NCBI RefSeq assembly: GCF_001949145.1
Contig: NW_019091360.1
Location: 1,148,529 to 1,212,528, forward strand
Length of the DNA: 64,000 nt
DNA from: Acanthaster planci
Taxonomy: Eukaryota
Direction: 5' to 3'
Shown in pieces: positions 38,313 to 51,700 of the stretch. Below the pieces are notes generated by a model. That model was not told the DNA's origin, ran no database searches, and was given only the letters and a program-made list of their open reading frames with translations. Both the position numbers and the translations under genes were made by a program. The stretch's first letter is position 1, and each line of letters starts with the position of its first letter.

Positions 38313-40968
38313 TAGTAGTATGAAACCTATCAGGGCATGGGCACAGCGCAATGCAATTGAAAATCTAAACAAGTTCTTATTACATATATTCAATGGAATG
38401 GAATGGAAAAATGGAAGTCAACTTGGAAAAGTGTTTTTGTAGATTATTTGTACAGTAAATGACTTGGTAAGAAATTGTTGTCATTTATCCATCAACTATG
38501 TAGAGAAAAAGTGACTGTAATGTATTAAACACTCCATACCAGGCTGCGACTGAGAGTGTTGCTTTGGAGTTCCTGTCTGCTGCCCTCATGTGAACGGGGC
38601 TTCCCGGACACCAATTAATTACTGACTTGCATATTTTTCGTGTACTTATTGGGAGCAAAGGTCTTTCGTGCAAACACCACCTACATTGTATTCATTTCAA
38701 GTTAAAGAATAACAGTCTTTTTCAAACTGTGAAAGGGTTCAAAAACCACTTCCATGACCAAATACATCTGAGGGTAATCTATGTAACGGTTTTGCTGTTT
38801 TATCTGATAAACAGACCATTTACATTCACACTTCACCAAGTTCTTTGAGACCTGACTATCGAGAATCAAAACAGCGTGTAATTTTTAACTGAGTTTGTTT
38901 CATTCACGGTAGTTGAATTGGCTGTGAGTGGAACAAAGGTTATCACAAATGCAAGCACAACCATCAACAAATTGACACTCACTTGAAAATCTGAGGAGGT
39001 GTTTCTATCACGTAGCACACGCACTGGTGTCCTACATGTGTAAACGGACGATCAGATTGCAATACAATACCTGTATTGTAAATTATGTGTAACTATGATA
39101 CACGCAAACTACAATAAATGTGTGTGCATGTTCTCGCACCAGTACACGATGGACGCTGTCTAACTACTGATAAATCCGCAATATCAGAACATACCTTACA
39201 TGTGTAATTTGCATATTTAAGAGGGGTTAAGGCAATGTTTCTTCCAAAGTGTTTTATGTCTTAGTCACACATTCATGTTTTGGGGTAGTACAGAGGCTTT
39301 ACCTGTATGTGGTAGCCGCATCTTGCAGGGCAGATCTTTCCTCTGGTTCCACAGGGGAACCTCTTTGTGCATACATGTACCATTTTGAATAAAAGAATCC
39401 TGTGAGATGGCTACCATGCAAACCTCTATTCACATTACATGTACATGTAGGTCATCAGTCTACCATCAATGACTCTTTCAGTGTACATGTAGACCTATAG
39501 GTTTTACCCTCCATGCTTGCACATGCACGAGCACATGTGCACAGTGTGACCTACATGTAAATGATACATGAACTAAAATGCAACTACATGAAGCGTTGTC
39601 AAAATACTGGAAACTCTAAGATCGGTACAAAAATTCAAGCAAAAATTTCCCATGCCTTTTTAAAAAAAAAAGTATTGAACAAAGTACCGGTACAGTTTAA
39701 ATGGCTTTTGTACATGTACATTGCATGTACCATAGCAATACATAAGAAGTACATGTATACATGAGCATGTAAAGTAATGACTTGATTTTGTCTACAGTGT
39801 AACTTCAGTGTGTACAACCACTCTTTCAATGTTGTAATTTGCACTAAATACACCTATTTTATTTAAACAATTATTCAGAAAAGAAACACCCCCTCATTTG
39901 GAGGTCATCAGACATGGAAAGGGCACAAGACTAAATACATTACACATGCCACAGTATAATGGGTTAATGATGTTGCAGTTTTGGGGTGACAGGTTGAATA
40001 TTGGAATATCCTTCCATTGGGGACAGAAACAAGCCAGCTCTATTCGGGTCAGGTTTTTTCTGACAAACAACTTCGACCGAGACATTTGAGGTAGGCACTT
40101 GCATGTCTTGTTTTGTGAGGATTAAAAGAGTTTATCAGGGGCACCATGAAGAAAGTTTCTGTGCTTCAGCGTTTAAATAATTTTTACTGGAAAAGAAGGG
40201 GCACTTGAATTTAAAGAAGACGTTTAAATTCCCATAATAACATCAACTGCAAAATTCAAATATGACTAAGACACTGTAACCCTGGCTTGTTGGACGCTGA
40301 GAAATAAGCACAAATCCATACATGGTTTTGTCAACACAAAATGCCTTTTCACTGAGTCATATTAACCATCACAATTCACAATTGTTACCACTGAAAAGAA
40401 CTTAATGTATAACCACTAACCAGACTATAGATTATGTTTTCAGAACTGAAAGCCTTATTTGAGAATCCACACAATGACCATTGCGCAACCTCCTAATCTC
40501 TAAACAGATTCTCATTTCAAAGTTCACGTTTTTTCTCAATGAAGCCCGAAGTGTGTTGATAATTTTTTTCTGAGTAAGGAGCTGTCTGCTTTATTAATAA
40601 GGATTTTCTCAATAGTTTGGTCGATCCATTTTCATATGGCAAGAAGAGAATGTCACATTGGGAGTTTACGAAGCAAATTCATAAGGAAGATCCCTCCCCC
40701 TCCACACACAAGTGTGTATTTGCCTGCAACTGGGGACCCTCTATTGGTCCTCTTTTGTTCATATGGGTACTTAAACGTTTTTGGAAGACCTCCCATATGT
40801 TTTGTACAACTGTCAGTTGGGGACTCTCTGTGAATATTGTCCTCTATTGTTCAGGGTCCCCAATCGAATGCAAAAACCAAGTCACCCTTCATGCCCTTAT
40901 TTCATGTACATACTTATGTACGTTACACACACTGTACCTAATGTGGACATTCCTTTGTTTTTGAGCAA

Positions 40969-41310
40969 TTAAGAAAACTCAGTGAAAATACCCATATTTC
41001 TTGAACTGGGAACACGATTTTCAGCTGGATTTCTTCCTTTAACCACAGCTAACCCTTACCCCAAAATGCTTCTAAACATCGTTTTCAGAGAAAAAGAAAC
41101 ATCCTGTGGACATGGGTAAGTCCACAGAACGTCTTTCCTGCATCGTGTGGATGTACCATATCTTTTGTTCACAAGTCCACACTAGGTGAGGTTAGCACAC
41201 CCAGACAAACAGACACTGTATTTCCCTGACTCATTTTCGCAGATGATCACTGTTTCTCCAAGGATGTGGTCCTTCTGATGATGAGTATTTTATGTAACGC
41301 AAGATTGTCA
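40969..41310 (+). repeat. Dispersed repeat, copy 2
   Basis: Collinear similarity with 17945-18375. Confidence 0.6.
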
Positions 41311-41609
41311 GCTTATGCAACTAGGCATGTACAGTGTATGTACTGTACATGTAACCAGTAGGCCCAATGTCAAGCACCTTTGCATAATGGATGAATACTT
41401 AACATAATTACACAACACGTGAAACATACATGTACAGTAAGGCTGAGCACATGGATGTGTAGCCTGGGTTGGATATGTGCCAAAACCAAGGAAGGAAAGT
41501 ACACCAATGACAAACAATTTGGGCCACCAATTTACGTATCCAAACTTGGTCACATGGTCATAGGAGTATCACAAATACAGTACTGAGGTGCCTTCCCCAA
41601 CTAGTTTGC

Positions 41610-41885
41610 ACAGGGTTCCTTCACCTAAACGACAATTAAATTCCATGACTTTTCCAAGACCAAATTATGAAAGTCCAAGACCAACTGATGCAATTTCTTG
41701 GACTATTCGGCCTTTTAGGTTTCAAATGCAATCACAGATTTTATGCGCTTATCTCTGTTAACAGAAATCACACAGTGTTTTATGACTTCCATAACAAAAT
41801 TCTGTGACTTTTCCAAGACTAGTCATTTTTACAAAATTCCATGACTTTCCCAGGCCTGAAAAAGGAAAAATAAATTTCCACAACT
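41610..41885. repeat. Repeat with iterated TTCCATGACTTTTCCA motif (probable non-autonomous DNA transposon)
   Basis: Three to four copies of aaattccatgacttttcca; starts with cagggttcc. Confidence 0.5.
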
Positions 41886-41925
41886 TCAACAAAATTACAA
41901 GGTTAAGACAATAAAAACTACTTAC

Positions 41926-42132
41926 TGAAATATTTCAGAGTCTCCTCCATCATCACTGGGGACAGCAGCTCACAGGGATCATCTGGCTCCGCCCTCGACG
42001 ATGACCTCAGCCAATCACTGTGCTCGTAGGTCAGGGTGGATGTGGTGTCGGCGCGTAGTTTGTACATTGGGATCTTCTCCTCCAAGAGACTGAATAATTC
42101 CACTTCTGGAATGTTGGAGGTGTTGTGAAGGT
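41926..42132 (-). CDS. TRAK1: TRAK/Milton coding exon 2
   Basis: NIPEVELFSLLEEKIPMYKLRADT...DWL...EETLKYF, the conserved TRAK N-terminal motif; aag acceptor, GTAAGT donor, phases 1/1. Confidence 0.95.
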
Positions 42133-43401
42133 CTTGGCAGGAGGGAGGCAGAAAAAAAAACAATTCAAAATAACTTCTAATCTTTTCTATTTTGTTTTAC
42201 TTAAAAAAGAAAGAAAATCAGTCCAGTGTTAAATACATGTAACTTACAGTGTAAGTCACAGAAATCATATATGAACTTGTTAACCAAGGAGGCCAGTCCA
42301 CACCTATGTATGAAAAAGCTAACACAACTGTGAAATCGTGATGTCAGAACAAATTATTATGCTGCGCATCCACAAGGTTGAACACATTTCCACACACGCA
42401 ATTTTGCTGCCAACATTTTTAGTGACGTCAAATCCAACTGTTCTCTGAATGTAACAAAATCCAGCATTACGCAGCAAACTAATCGGGTATGTTCACAAAG
42501 ATGTCTTTGTTTTGGAAGTTAAGCCATGGGTGTCTTCCAAAATACAATTTCATGCAAAGCGCTAGGGTATGTCTGTGTAGTCAAGTCATCTGTGGCTGCC
42601 ATTGTCTGCAGTTTCCAAGATTGTTGAATATGTTAATTTAAACCTTTGTTCTGTGTTTACAATGTACCGGTAAATGAAGATTGTATACGATCGACTTATT
42701 TGCACGGGACCTCATACACTTTGTACCTTTGACATAAAATAGTAATTTGCACATGAAATGCGCTATCCGGTTCGCAAGTGACTTCGTCACAAAGGCAGAC
42801 GCGCCATGATTCGCAGGCTCCCATTGGACGATCGCAGAAGTTGTGCGTTAACTTCCGGTTCCATGGTTCCACATAAACGGCGATCAATGCATGTAACCCT
42901 ATGTGCAGAGCACGTGTGCAGGGGGCGTGGTTTAAACTGAAGTGACGTCACACTAACGAATCGCATAGCCAAGGAGTGATTTTTATACAAGTGGAATGCA
43001 AGCTAACACACAAGTAAGACTGGATATGTCTCAACTGTTTTTGTGCCTAATACCTAACAATCGAATGATCAAAACAGTAAATACCCAATAATACAATGAC
43101 TAAGATTTGTACCTTGTTGTGATTTATGTGTTGAATAAATCTGGTGTGAAACTACGACTGTCTAAATGGTACTGCTGCTTGACGAAACTGATTATGGAGT
43201 AAGACTGCATGAAACTGAACTGTGAGTTTTTACTTTAGCAGATTGTTTTGTTGAAATATAAAGACAAGAACTTTGAGTTGGGGGTCAAATAACTGCAAAC
43301 TGTGAACATTACTTTGTACAACCACACGTACATGCACCAAGCAGAAGACACTTAAGATTGAAAAAAAAATGACAAGATCATGGACAACATTAATATTTTA
43401 C

Positions 43402-43594
43402 CTGTTAATGTGCCAGCTTCACACTGGGCCCCGCTCACACCTCCCACGTCTTCCATGCAGTCTCCGCCCCACTGACTGTCAGAGAAGACTTCCTCTGCAG
43501 CCGTCATCGGTGATGGGGACGGTCGCATCGGCACGGCCGATGAAGGCTCCGTGGCGTGAGCCAGCTTGGCTGTCGTTGGCGGGCCCCACAGCAT
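43402..43594 (-). CDS. TRAK1: TRAK/Milton coding exon 1 (exon probably begins at 43694 with 5'UTR)
   Basis: MLWGPP...CEAGTLT, then a phase-1 CAG|GTAAAA donor giving GTLTDL; the choice of start codon is uncertain. Confidence 0.75.
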
Positions 43595-46500
43595 ACATGT
43601 AAAAGCGTGGCAGTTGATGGGGGTGATGAGGGTCCAGGAGGGAGTTTACTGGCAATGAGATGTGGCAACCATTGAATAATCCAGAAAAGGCAACCTGTCA
43701 ACAAGACACAAAACAGTTGTACACAAAAACTTCATGATAATAATGCACAAGTTGTATGCAGTTTGACCTGTTGCTACAGAGGTCAAATGACTGAACTTTG
43801 ACATGGTCACTGACCTATCTTTTATCATGATGATGAGGTCAATACACAGGTGACAGTCACATGTAAAAAATTAACTTCTATGTTTAATGCACAGATGTTG
43901 AATGAAGACAACCAACTACCCCAACAGGCCTCAGCATCCAGCGACCCTCAGTGTCCGGTGTTCACCATCATGTGACCAAATGTAAACCGGCCTTTACTGA
44001 GGTGGTATCAATGGTACATGTACCTGGTACCATCACAGCGATGGCTTCTTATTCTGGTTGTCAGATCAGTCTACTAGTCTGGACATAGACTAGTGTACGG
44101 TATGTCCTTACAACTACACTGCGGGAAAACATGTAACTGTGGGAACGGGATAGACGAGAGAGACAGGGTTTATGCTGGATACATGTATCACTCAAGCTCT
44201 TCTGAGTGCTGAAATGAATCATTTGCAGTTTGCTCATATCAGAAATGATAAAGAATAGTGGTCCCTTCCACCTTTCTCTTTTTAGCCAATGAGGGCGAAC
44301 TTGTGCACAGAGTCGGTCCACCCCACCCAACCTTCAAGGATTTCATGGGTTGCCACATTATGTAAGGACAGTGGTGTACATGTAAATGTACATGTATACA
44401 CACATGTCATGTCCTACTACCGGTGCATGTAAGTAGGACTGAGTATTCAAGCTTAAAGAGTGTACACATTCATACTACTGTACATATACATGTACATGTA
44501 CAGTATATAGTGTGCACATGTATGTAGATTAACTTGACCCCTGTACCAAGGTCATATAAGCATAACAATGCTGTGAAGAGCTAGCTACTGTAGTTGGGAT
44601 TTTGCTCAGCACATATTTGTATGCATGCTCAATTCACATATGAAGCACATAACAAATACAGTATTTACTGGAAACTGCAAGCAGGTCATAAAACGATTGC
44701 TACCAGTGCAAAACCTGGGATGCAGTCGTGAACTTACATATGGACATTTGTACATGTAAATGTACACTAGACATTCACACAATTTACACTGTACATGTAT
44801 ACATGTACATGTACATGTACCCCAGTACAGCAAACCTGTGTCCTTCTTGATCACAGTACACCATGCACATATCCAGTTACTGGCTCAGAATGTGGGTCTT
44901 GAAACACCCTGACTGGGTGAACTGTAGAAGCTTGATGCCCATTACACAGGAAATTCTAGTTACAGACAACGTTGAGAGGCATGCCAATTGTGCATCACCT
45001 GATGCATGCCACAGTTTGACTGAGCCAAACCACACTGTCCAGTCATTCTATGATTAATACATGCCCAGGAAATGTACACGTACATGTGTACACTACAGAA
45101 AAGAGTGACTTTTGCAAAGACTTTACTGGAGGCAGTTGAAACTGCTTTGCACAGTCTGGTTCCCAGATCAAAAGATTCTATTTTGGAGGCTCTGTTAACA
45201 TGTTTGGTAACAACCACAGTCACATGACCGAGTTCTGTAAAATGTCCACTTTGTCAAATATTTTTAAAACCCTTTGTTTTAAAGTCAAGTTGCGTTGTTT
45301 ATTATCCATGAACCGCTACAACAACTTATCCCCGATAAACAATTTTTATTGTATATTGGAATACATGTACATGTACAAGCATTGCCTCTTTTTCACAATA
45401 TTTCTGATGCCGACTTATAGACAAATTTTCCCAGAGGTGCTGCATCTTAAAATGTCTGTGGATCCCAACATTGGACACTAACATTATATCATGAGTTATT
45501 TCTAACTACCAGTGTGGCTGTTAACTGACACAAGGCAGGACTGCTAGGGCACAAAACCAGACTAATGTTTTGCATACCGGTAGGGTCAAATCAATGAAAA
45601 TTGTGTCATTCTCACAGTTTTTAAGTTATGGACTTGTCCTGAACTGTACTGGTAAAATATCTGGAGTCCCACACATCCAAATTTCAAAGGAATACAAGCA
45701 CATGTATACGTGTATGCTGTACATGTACCTTGGTACATGTACATGTATGTAGTATGTAGCTGCTTGTGTGCACATTTGGAGTGGCTTGGGATGGGTGCAA
45801 CTAATTTTCAACTGAATGTGCACACAAGCCCCACTGTAAACTGTTACTATGATGGTAACGCACCAGACTGAGTATGGGCACAACTGTGGCCATGGTGCTC
45901 AACAGTTCCCTAGTGTTCCTACCAGGGGTAACTGGGGTACTGACGTGTGAGGTGGTCAAACAAAGTTTGTCAAACTGTGTTTTCAAAATGGCCCTAACAT
46001 AAATTCTACTGGAATAAAGTCTACAATATATACCGTACAAGGTGGAGCATTTATTCCAACTTTCCCTTCTAATATCGAAAATAGAAAAACTGAATAACAC
46101 CACAGACAGATCAATGCTTGGCTCAGGTGGATGATGTCAGGAGACTGTTGACAAGGTATCTGATGTCCGTACATTATTCCTTCTACACCACAGTGTACAC
46201 GTATGGTACTGCGTGCAAGTATTGGCATTTGACTACATTTATTTTGCCTAGTTCCTGGCCTTACAGTAGGTCAAAAGAGATTTACATGTAAATCCCTCAA
46301 CCCCCCCACCAGAAAATAGGAAACAAGATCACTCAGTATGGTGCCATAAAAGGTCAAAGGCCAGCTGTTCTATAATGCATTTGAGAAACTACGATTCACT
46401 GGCTGCCAAAACAGCACTCTTTACATGTATACAATGTACATTCAGGCTATTCACCTTTCCAAACAAATTAATTCATAATGGTCATCGTCCAACACCAAGA

Positions 46501-47113
46501 GCAGAATGCATACTGAGAGTCTGACCAGTATTAGCGGATAAAAGTTTTAGACAATCTCTTCTGGGTTTCAAGAGGGGACATACAAATCCTTGACCAACAC
46601 TGACTTCTTTCTGGGCAGCCTGCTAAAATGCAACAGAATGCAACACAGCTTTATAATGAAACCCTGTCAAAATGTAACAAACTGCAACGATGGATTTTGT
46701 GGCACCGTGAAATGCCAACAATGGATACATAAACACCAGGCTTGGCCCTATCAAATTATACAGTGCACTCTGCCATTTGCATTGAGTGAGTACATATGTA
46801 CATGTACATGTATGTATTATTACAACACATGTACAACTTTTTTACCACTGTAGCATTCTGTACTGTTACACGTACATTTAGCAGAGAAAAGTCTGATATG
46901 AGTACATCTTCCCCACATCCAAGACCTAATCCCACCCCCTCCACACACACAATGCACATTCAGATAAGCAACCTCAGGAAACCTCTGGAGAGAGTACAGG
47001 AAAAGGGGGGCAGGTTACGCCGAGGTCACGGGCCAACATGTCTGACAAACAACTCACTGCTCATGGTAGAGAGTATTCCAGAGCATGTCAGGACAACTCC
47101 GAGAACCATTAGC

Positions 47114-47221
47114 NNNNNNNNNNNNNNNNNNNNNNNNNNNNNNNNNNNNNNNNNNNNNNNNNNNNNNNNNNNNNNNNNNNNNNNNNNNNNNNNNNNNNNN
47201 NNNNNNNNNNNNNNNNNNNNN
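47114..47221. other. Assembly gap
   Basis: Run of N. Confidence 1.
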
Positions 47222-48000
47222 AATACATCTTGAAAACAATTAGCTTTCTGGTGCATTCAACAGACCCATTTCTCTGTGTGTTTCAGTTAACCTGATTCTA
47301 AATTTTTTGTTGCTATTTTTGAAAAGGTATTTTGGTGCCTTTCTGAATTTTATGCTAATATAAATTTCCATATTCATGAGCAAAACTGTGATGCTATTGC
47401 AGGAAGAAAACTTCAGTGTTGCATTGATTTGTGCCTTCCCTCACACTCAAAAAGATAAATAAATTTAAAAAACAACTGATGAAATTCTTGATACTTTTCT
47501 GCTCTAAGGAAGAAAGAAATTTCTTTTGTTTTCAATGAGAAAATTATATGGAGGCATGTTTCAAGCAGATTTGAATGAAAAGTGACAGAAATCTTTCAAA
47601 TTCAAAAAGTAAATTATTCATTAAAAAATTTCAAATAGAAAGTTTAACAGGACAAGAAGTATTGTTCATCTCTCTTGCTAAATCATGGCTAGAGATACTC
47701 CTAGATGCAAGAAGCTATTATTGTGATTGCAACTGATTTGTACATGTATATGGTTTGATCATCAACAATCTGTCAGTCGATACGACTGAATATTCAGATA
47801 TTCAATCGAATTGAAGGTCGAATATTCGAGTAGTGAATTAATTGAATTGACTCAGCACTACACTATCGGTATTGATTAAAAAGTGCCCATGTTTAACAAG
47901 ATTTGATAAGATTGCAAGGCATTTTTGACCGATGCATGCACAACTTCTAAGAAGTAAGGTTGTCATAGTGATTATTTCCTCACCTTATACGTGTACCGTA

Positions 48001-48125
48001 CCTCTGTGGCCCAGGTTCAATTCCCACCTCAGCCCACATGTGGATTGGGTTTTCAGTCCCCACCTGACTCCATGGGTTTTACCCAAGATATCCCTCTGGG
48101 GTTTTCCTCCCACCTCTAAAACTGT
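48001..48125 (+). mobile_element. tRNA-derived SINE fragment
   Basis: B-box ggttcaattcc, then cacatgtgg...ggttttcctcccac, typical of invertebrate SINE bodies. Confidence 0.55.
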
Positions 48126-48477
48126 AACTGCTTCTTGTTGTCTCTTCAGGTTTACAAGCTAAGGTTCCAAGGCCACTTTTGAGGTATGGTAACAATGGGG
48201 CCCAACTTAGCGATTGAAAGATTTCAACATATTTGACTGCATCCCGCAAATTGCAAGCCCAATCCTGATATCACAATAGAAAAAGGAAGAACCTACTGAT
48301 ACTGAGGACACCTCTATGACATGTACACGTAAAACATTAGAGAATCGACGGGTCAAAAATTGCAAGAATTTTACATTTTCTCATCATGACAATCCTTATT
48401 TTGGACTCTTTTTGGAGACATGGAGAAAAGTTTTTTTAAATGATTGAAAGAAGAAGTACAGCTGAGGTGTAATGAAA

Positions 48478-50375
48478 CAACCAATATGGAGCCAAGAAGT
48501 CTACCGAAAACCAACTTATCCTCACAATTCACGATATCGGGAAGAGGATAAACAGAAACAGGCTGGTCGATGACACACTTCTTGACTTTACCAAATCATG
48601 GGATAAGGGTCCTCATAAAAGGCTCATTACCAAATTAAGCTATTATGGTTTACATGGTCAAATTGCAGCTTGGGCCGGGTGGGAAACTTTCTTATCGCTA
48701 AGCCACAGCAAGTCCTGGTAAACAGGCAGATATCCTCTCCAACACCGGTTACATCTGGTGTTTCCCAGGGGACTGTTACGAGACCCCTGTGGTTTCTCTC
48801 TCATGTACCAAGGGACGAATCTTGTCAAACAAGATTGCTTGCAGACGATTACCCTGGTTACTGCTGATCAATAAACACCGATACTGCAAAATGACCCAAA
48901 ACTGCTTGACGACTGGCGGGACGCGTGGNNNNNNNNNNNNNNNNNNNNNNNNNNNNNNNNNNNNNNNNNNNNNNNNNNNNNNNNNNNNNNNNNNNNNNNN
49001 NNNNNNNNNNNNNNNNNNNNNNNNNNNNNNNNNNNNNNNNNNNNNNNNNNNNNNNNNNNNNNNNNNNNNNNNNNNNNNNNNNNNNNNNNNNNNNNNNNNN
49101 NNNNNNNNNNNNNNNNNNNNNNNNNNNNNNNNNNNNNNNNNNNNNNNNNNNNNNNNNNNNNNNNNNNNNNNNNNNNNNNNNNNNNNNNNNNNNNNNNNNN
49201 NNNNNNNNNNNNNNNNNNNNNNNNNNNNNNNNNNNNNNNNNNNNNNNNNNNNNNNNNNNNNNNNNNNNNNNNNNNNNNNNNNNNNNNNNNNNNNNNNNNN
49301 NNNNNNNNNNNNNNNNNNNNNNNNNNNNNNNNNNNNNNNNNNNNNNNNNNNNNNNNNNNNNNNNNNNNNNNNNNNNNNNNNNNNNNNNNNNNNNNNNNNN
49401 NNNNNNNNNNNNNNNNNNNNNNNNNNNNNNNNNNNNNNNNNNNNNNNNNNNNNNNNNNNNNNNNNNNNNNNNNNNNNNNNNNNNNNNNNNNNNNNNNNNN
49501 NNNNNNNNNNNNNNNNNNNNNNNNNNNNNNNNNNNNNNNNNNNNNNNNNNNNNNNNNNNNNNNNNNNNNNNNNNNNNNNNNNNNNNNNNNNNNNNNNNNN
49601 NNNNNNNNNNNNNNNNNNNNNNNNNNNNNNNNNNNNNNNNNNNNNNNNNNNNNNNNNNNNNNNNNNNNNNNNNNNNNNNNNNNNNNNNNNNNNNNNNNNN
49701 NNNNNNNNNNNNNNGCACTGTGACGATCGGAAAAAGAAACCCACCCCACCACAAATACCACTTTTGTGGGACTCTCATGCGTTGACACTCATCCATACCT
49801 GGGTCTTCATCTTTCCAATGCCTTGAAATCGAATCTACGTACATACCCTAGAAGTTGGCAATAATGTTATCAGGAGAAACCTTTGGGGGTGTAACAAGAA
49901 GATTGAAAGCACAGCCTACAAGACAATGGTGAGGCCTATACTTGAATGTGCTTCAGTAACATGGGACCCTGCATTAAAACAGAACAAATTCACTTCAACA
50001 TATCCAACAGCACTCTGCTAGATTCTGCACTGGAAGCCACAAAAGGGAGGAAGGACTGGTAACTAGAGCACTGGCCAACCTTGGATGGGACACAACCTTG
50101 GATGGGACACAGAGCAGAAGAAAAAAACCAAGATTATGTATGATGAACAAGATGGTGAATGACCTGCTGGCAGTCCCACTTCAAGATTATGTTCAACCAA
50201 ATAAAAGATTTAAAAGGGGAAATGATATGAAGTGTAGACAAATTTGACATAAAGCCAAAGCCTTCCAGGACTCCTTTTTTGTAACAACTAGAGAAGACTG
50301 GAACAGGTTAACAACTGAGATGGTAAACTCCCCTTCCTTGGAATCATTTAACCAGAAGATAAATCTTATTCAGTA
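48478..50375 (+). mobile_element. 5'-truncated, degenerate non-LTR retrotransposon RT and C-terminal region (spans a gap)
   Basis: STENQLILTIHDI...LLDFTKSWDKGPHKRLITKLSYYG, VTSGVSQGTV, RLLADD; after the gap AYKTMVRPILECASVTWDP and SFFVTTREDWNRL; several frameshifts. Confidence 0.9.
48929..49714. other. Assembly gap
   Basis: Run of N inside the LINE. Confidence 1.
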
Positions 50376-50926
50376 AGTGTCCTCAAGCCACTCCACATGT
50401 ACAGTACATGTATGTGCATGTAGATTGTTCTAAAAGTTAGCAGGATGTATCAGAAGATGACATGTTGCTGACTGAATGATACAGATCAGATGAGGAGTGA
50501 CTAGTTTTGGACCCTGATTTTGTATAACACATCTTCACCTGCCTAAACTGGGAGGAATTTACATTTTCTGACAACATCCTTAAATTGACCCTCTCAATAA
50601 AACACAGAAGTGGCCTCCACAAAATATGCCACTGTATGAAATGCTGCCTAAGCTGTGAGGAAGTCGACGGCTAATTCCAGGGAAGAGATCCATACCCAGA
50701 TATTACTTTACACCCTCTTTGTGCAAACCCTATGAGACTGGTCTCTGAAATTCTGAGTGTTTTCAAAGTACATGTAAATAATCCTTGCTAAACTTGAGTT
50801 TTGTAGGACATGTTATCACTTTGTAATGGCTACACCACTACAAGGGAAACTTAGCGATATATGGAACAATTAAATTCGAGTCATGCAAACATGCATACAT
50901 ATAATATTACCATAGTATTGTTACAC

Positions 50927-50995
50927 CCCAACTATAACATCAGTCCCAACTATAGTTGGGACCATCCCATAGTTGGGATTGATGTTATAGTTGGG
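50927..50995. repeat. Nested palindrome
   Basis: 27-bp arms (one mismatch) plus a perfect internal palindrome gtcccaactatagttgggac. Confidence 0.8.
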
Positions 50996-51345
50996 ATCAA
51001 TATTGCAAACACAAACAAAACAAACATATTTGTAGGAAGATATAGTAAGGCAAATGGGTTAGAAAGGACAAGTTTTCTATGTAGGGAAACTTGGTGTTCT
51101 AAAAATTGGAAAAATTTTGATTGCCCAATGTAGAATTCTTTCCATTTAACATTACCAACAGCCAGACAGACCATAGGCCTACTAGTACCAGCACAGTGGC
51201 CAGACCTTGGACCAACTACATGTACATGTACATGTATGTACTGTACACAATGAGCATGCAGCCACATACACGTACATGAACACGTACATCTACATGTACA
51301 TGTGGTAACACACACCTTCCTCTATATACCCATGTATCCTCAAAT

Positions 51346-51500
51346 CAAGCATGCCAAACATGCTAAGTGCTAATCATGCAGCTTATGAAATTCCGTGATG
51401 TCACTAACGTGACATGCCATGCATGATGACTGAAAAACAATGTCACTACTACTACTGTACTAGTCATTAATGACAGTGGCATGTCACTTTGGCATGCTTG
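51346..51500. repeat. Foldback element
   Basis: Inverted pairs caagcatgccaaa/tttggcatgcttg and gtgacatgcca/tggcatgtcac. Confidence 0.6.
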
Positions 51501-51536
51501 GAACATCAATTCCAGTGAATTAAACCACAAAATTAC

Positions 51537-51700
51537 CTTACTTCCAAACGACAGTTTTCAAACGTAAATCCAAAAGGAGCTCGTAGCAGTCGCCATTCCC
51601 TACTACCATGAATCGAAATGCCAAACACACGGCAGACAAATGGATACATCAACCAAATCAGACTTCCTACGCACATGCATGTGGCATCGGAAAATCACAT
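51537..51700 (-). other. Probable non-coding first exon of TRAK
   Basis: CpG-containing segment ending in tandem donors GTAAGGTAATT (51541/51536), next to CCAAT (51709-51713) and a YY1-like ATGGCG; limits approximate. Confidence 0.4.

Noticed and set aside
37788..38393. ORFs with EHRYT/VRYSG/GIAVF repeats, or a CRISPR-like array
   Set aside because: These are translations of a 15-bp minisatellite plus an N gap; there are no spacers and the context is eukaryotic.
39303..39420. Possible variable exon with a CAG|GTAAAG donor
   Set aside because: All three frames are open and the segment is an inverted-repeat element, so it is uninformative.
42690..42992. CpG-rich block as a possible RNA gene
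   Set aside because: No tRNA, snRNA or snoRNA signature is recognisable; more likely a young non-autonomous repeat.
46960..47113. LERVQ-containing segment resembling a LINE C-terminal region
   Set aside because: Too short and cut by a gap to classify.
48776..49844. ORFs of about 300 aa
   Set aside because: Artefacts of the N run; the flanks are a decayed LINE.
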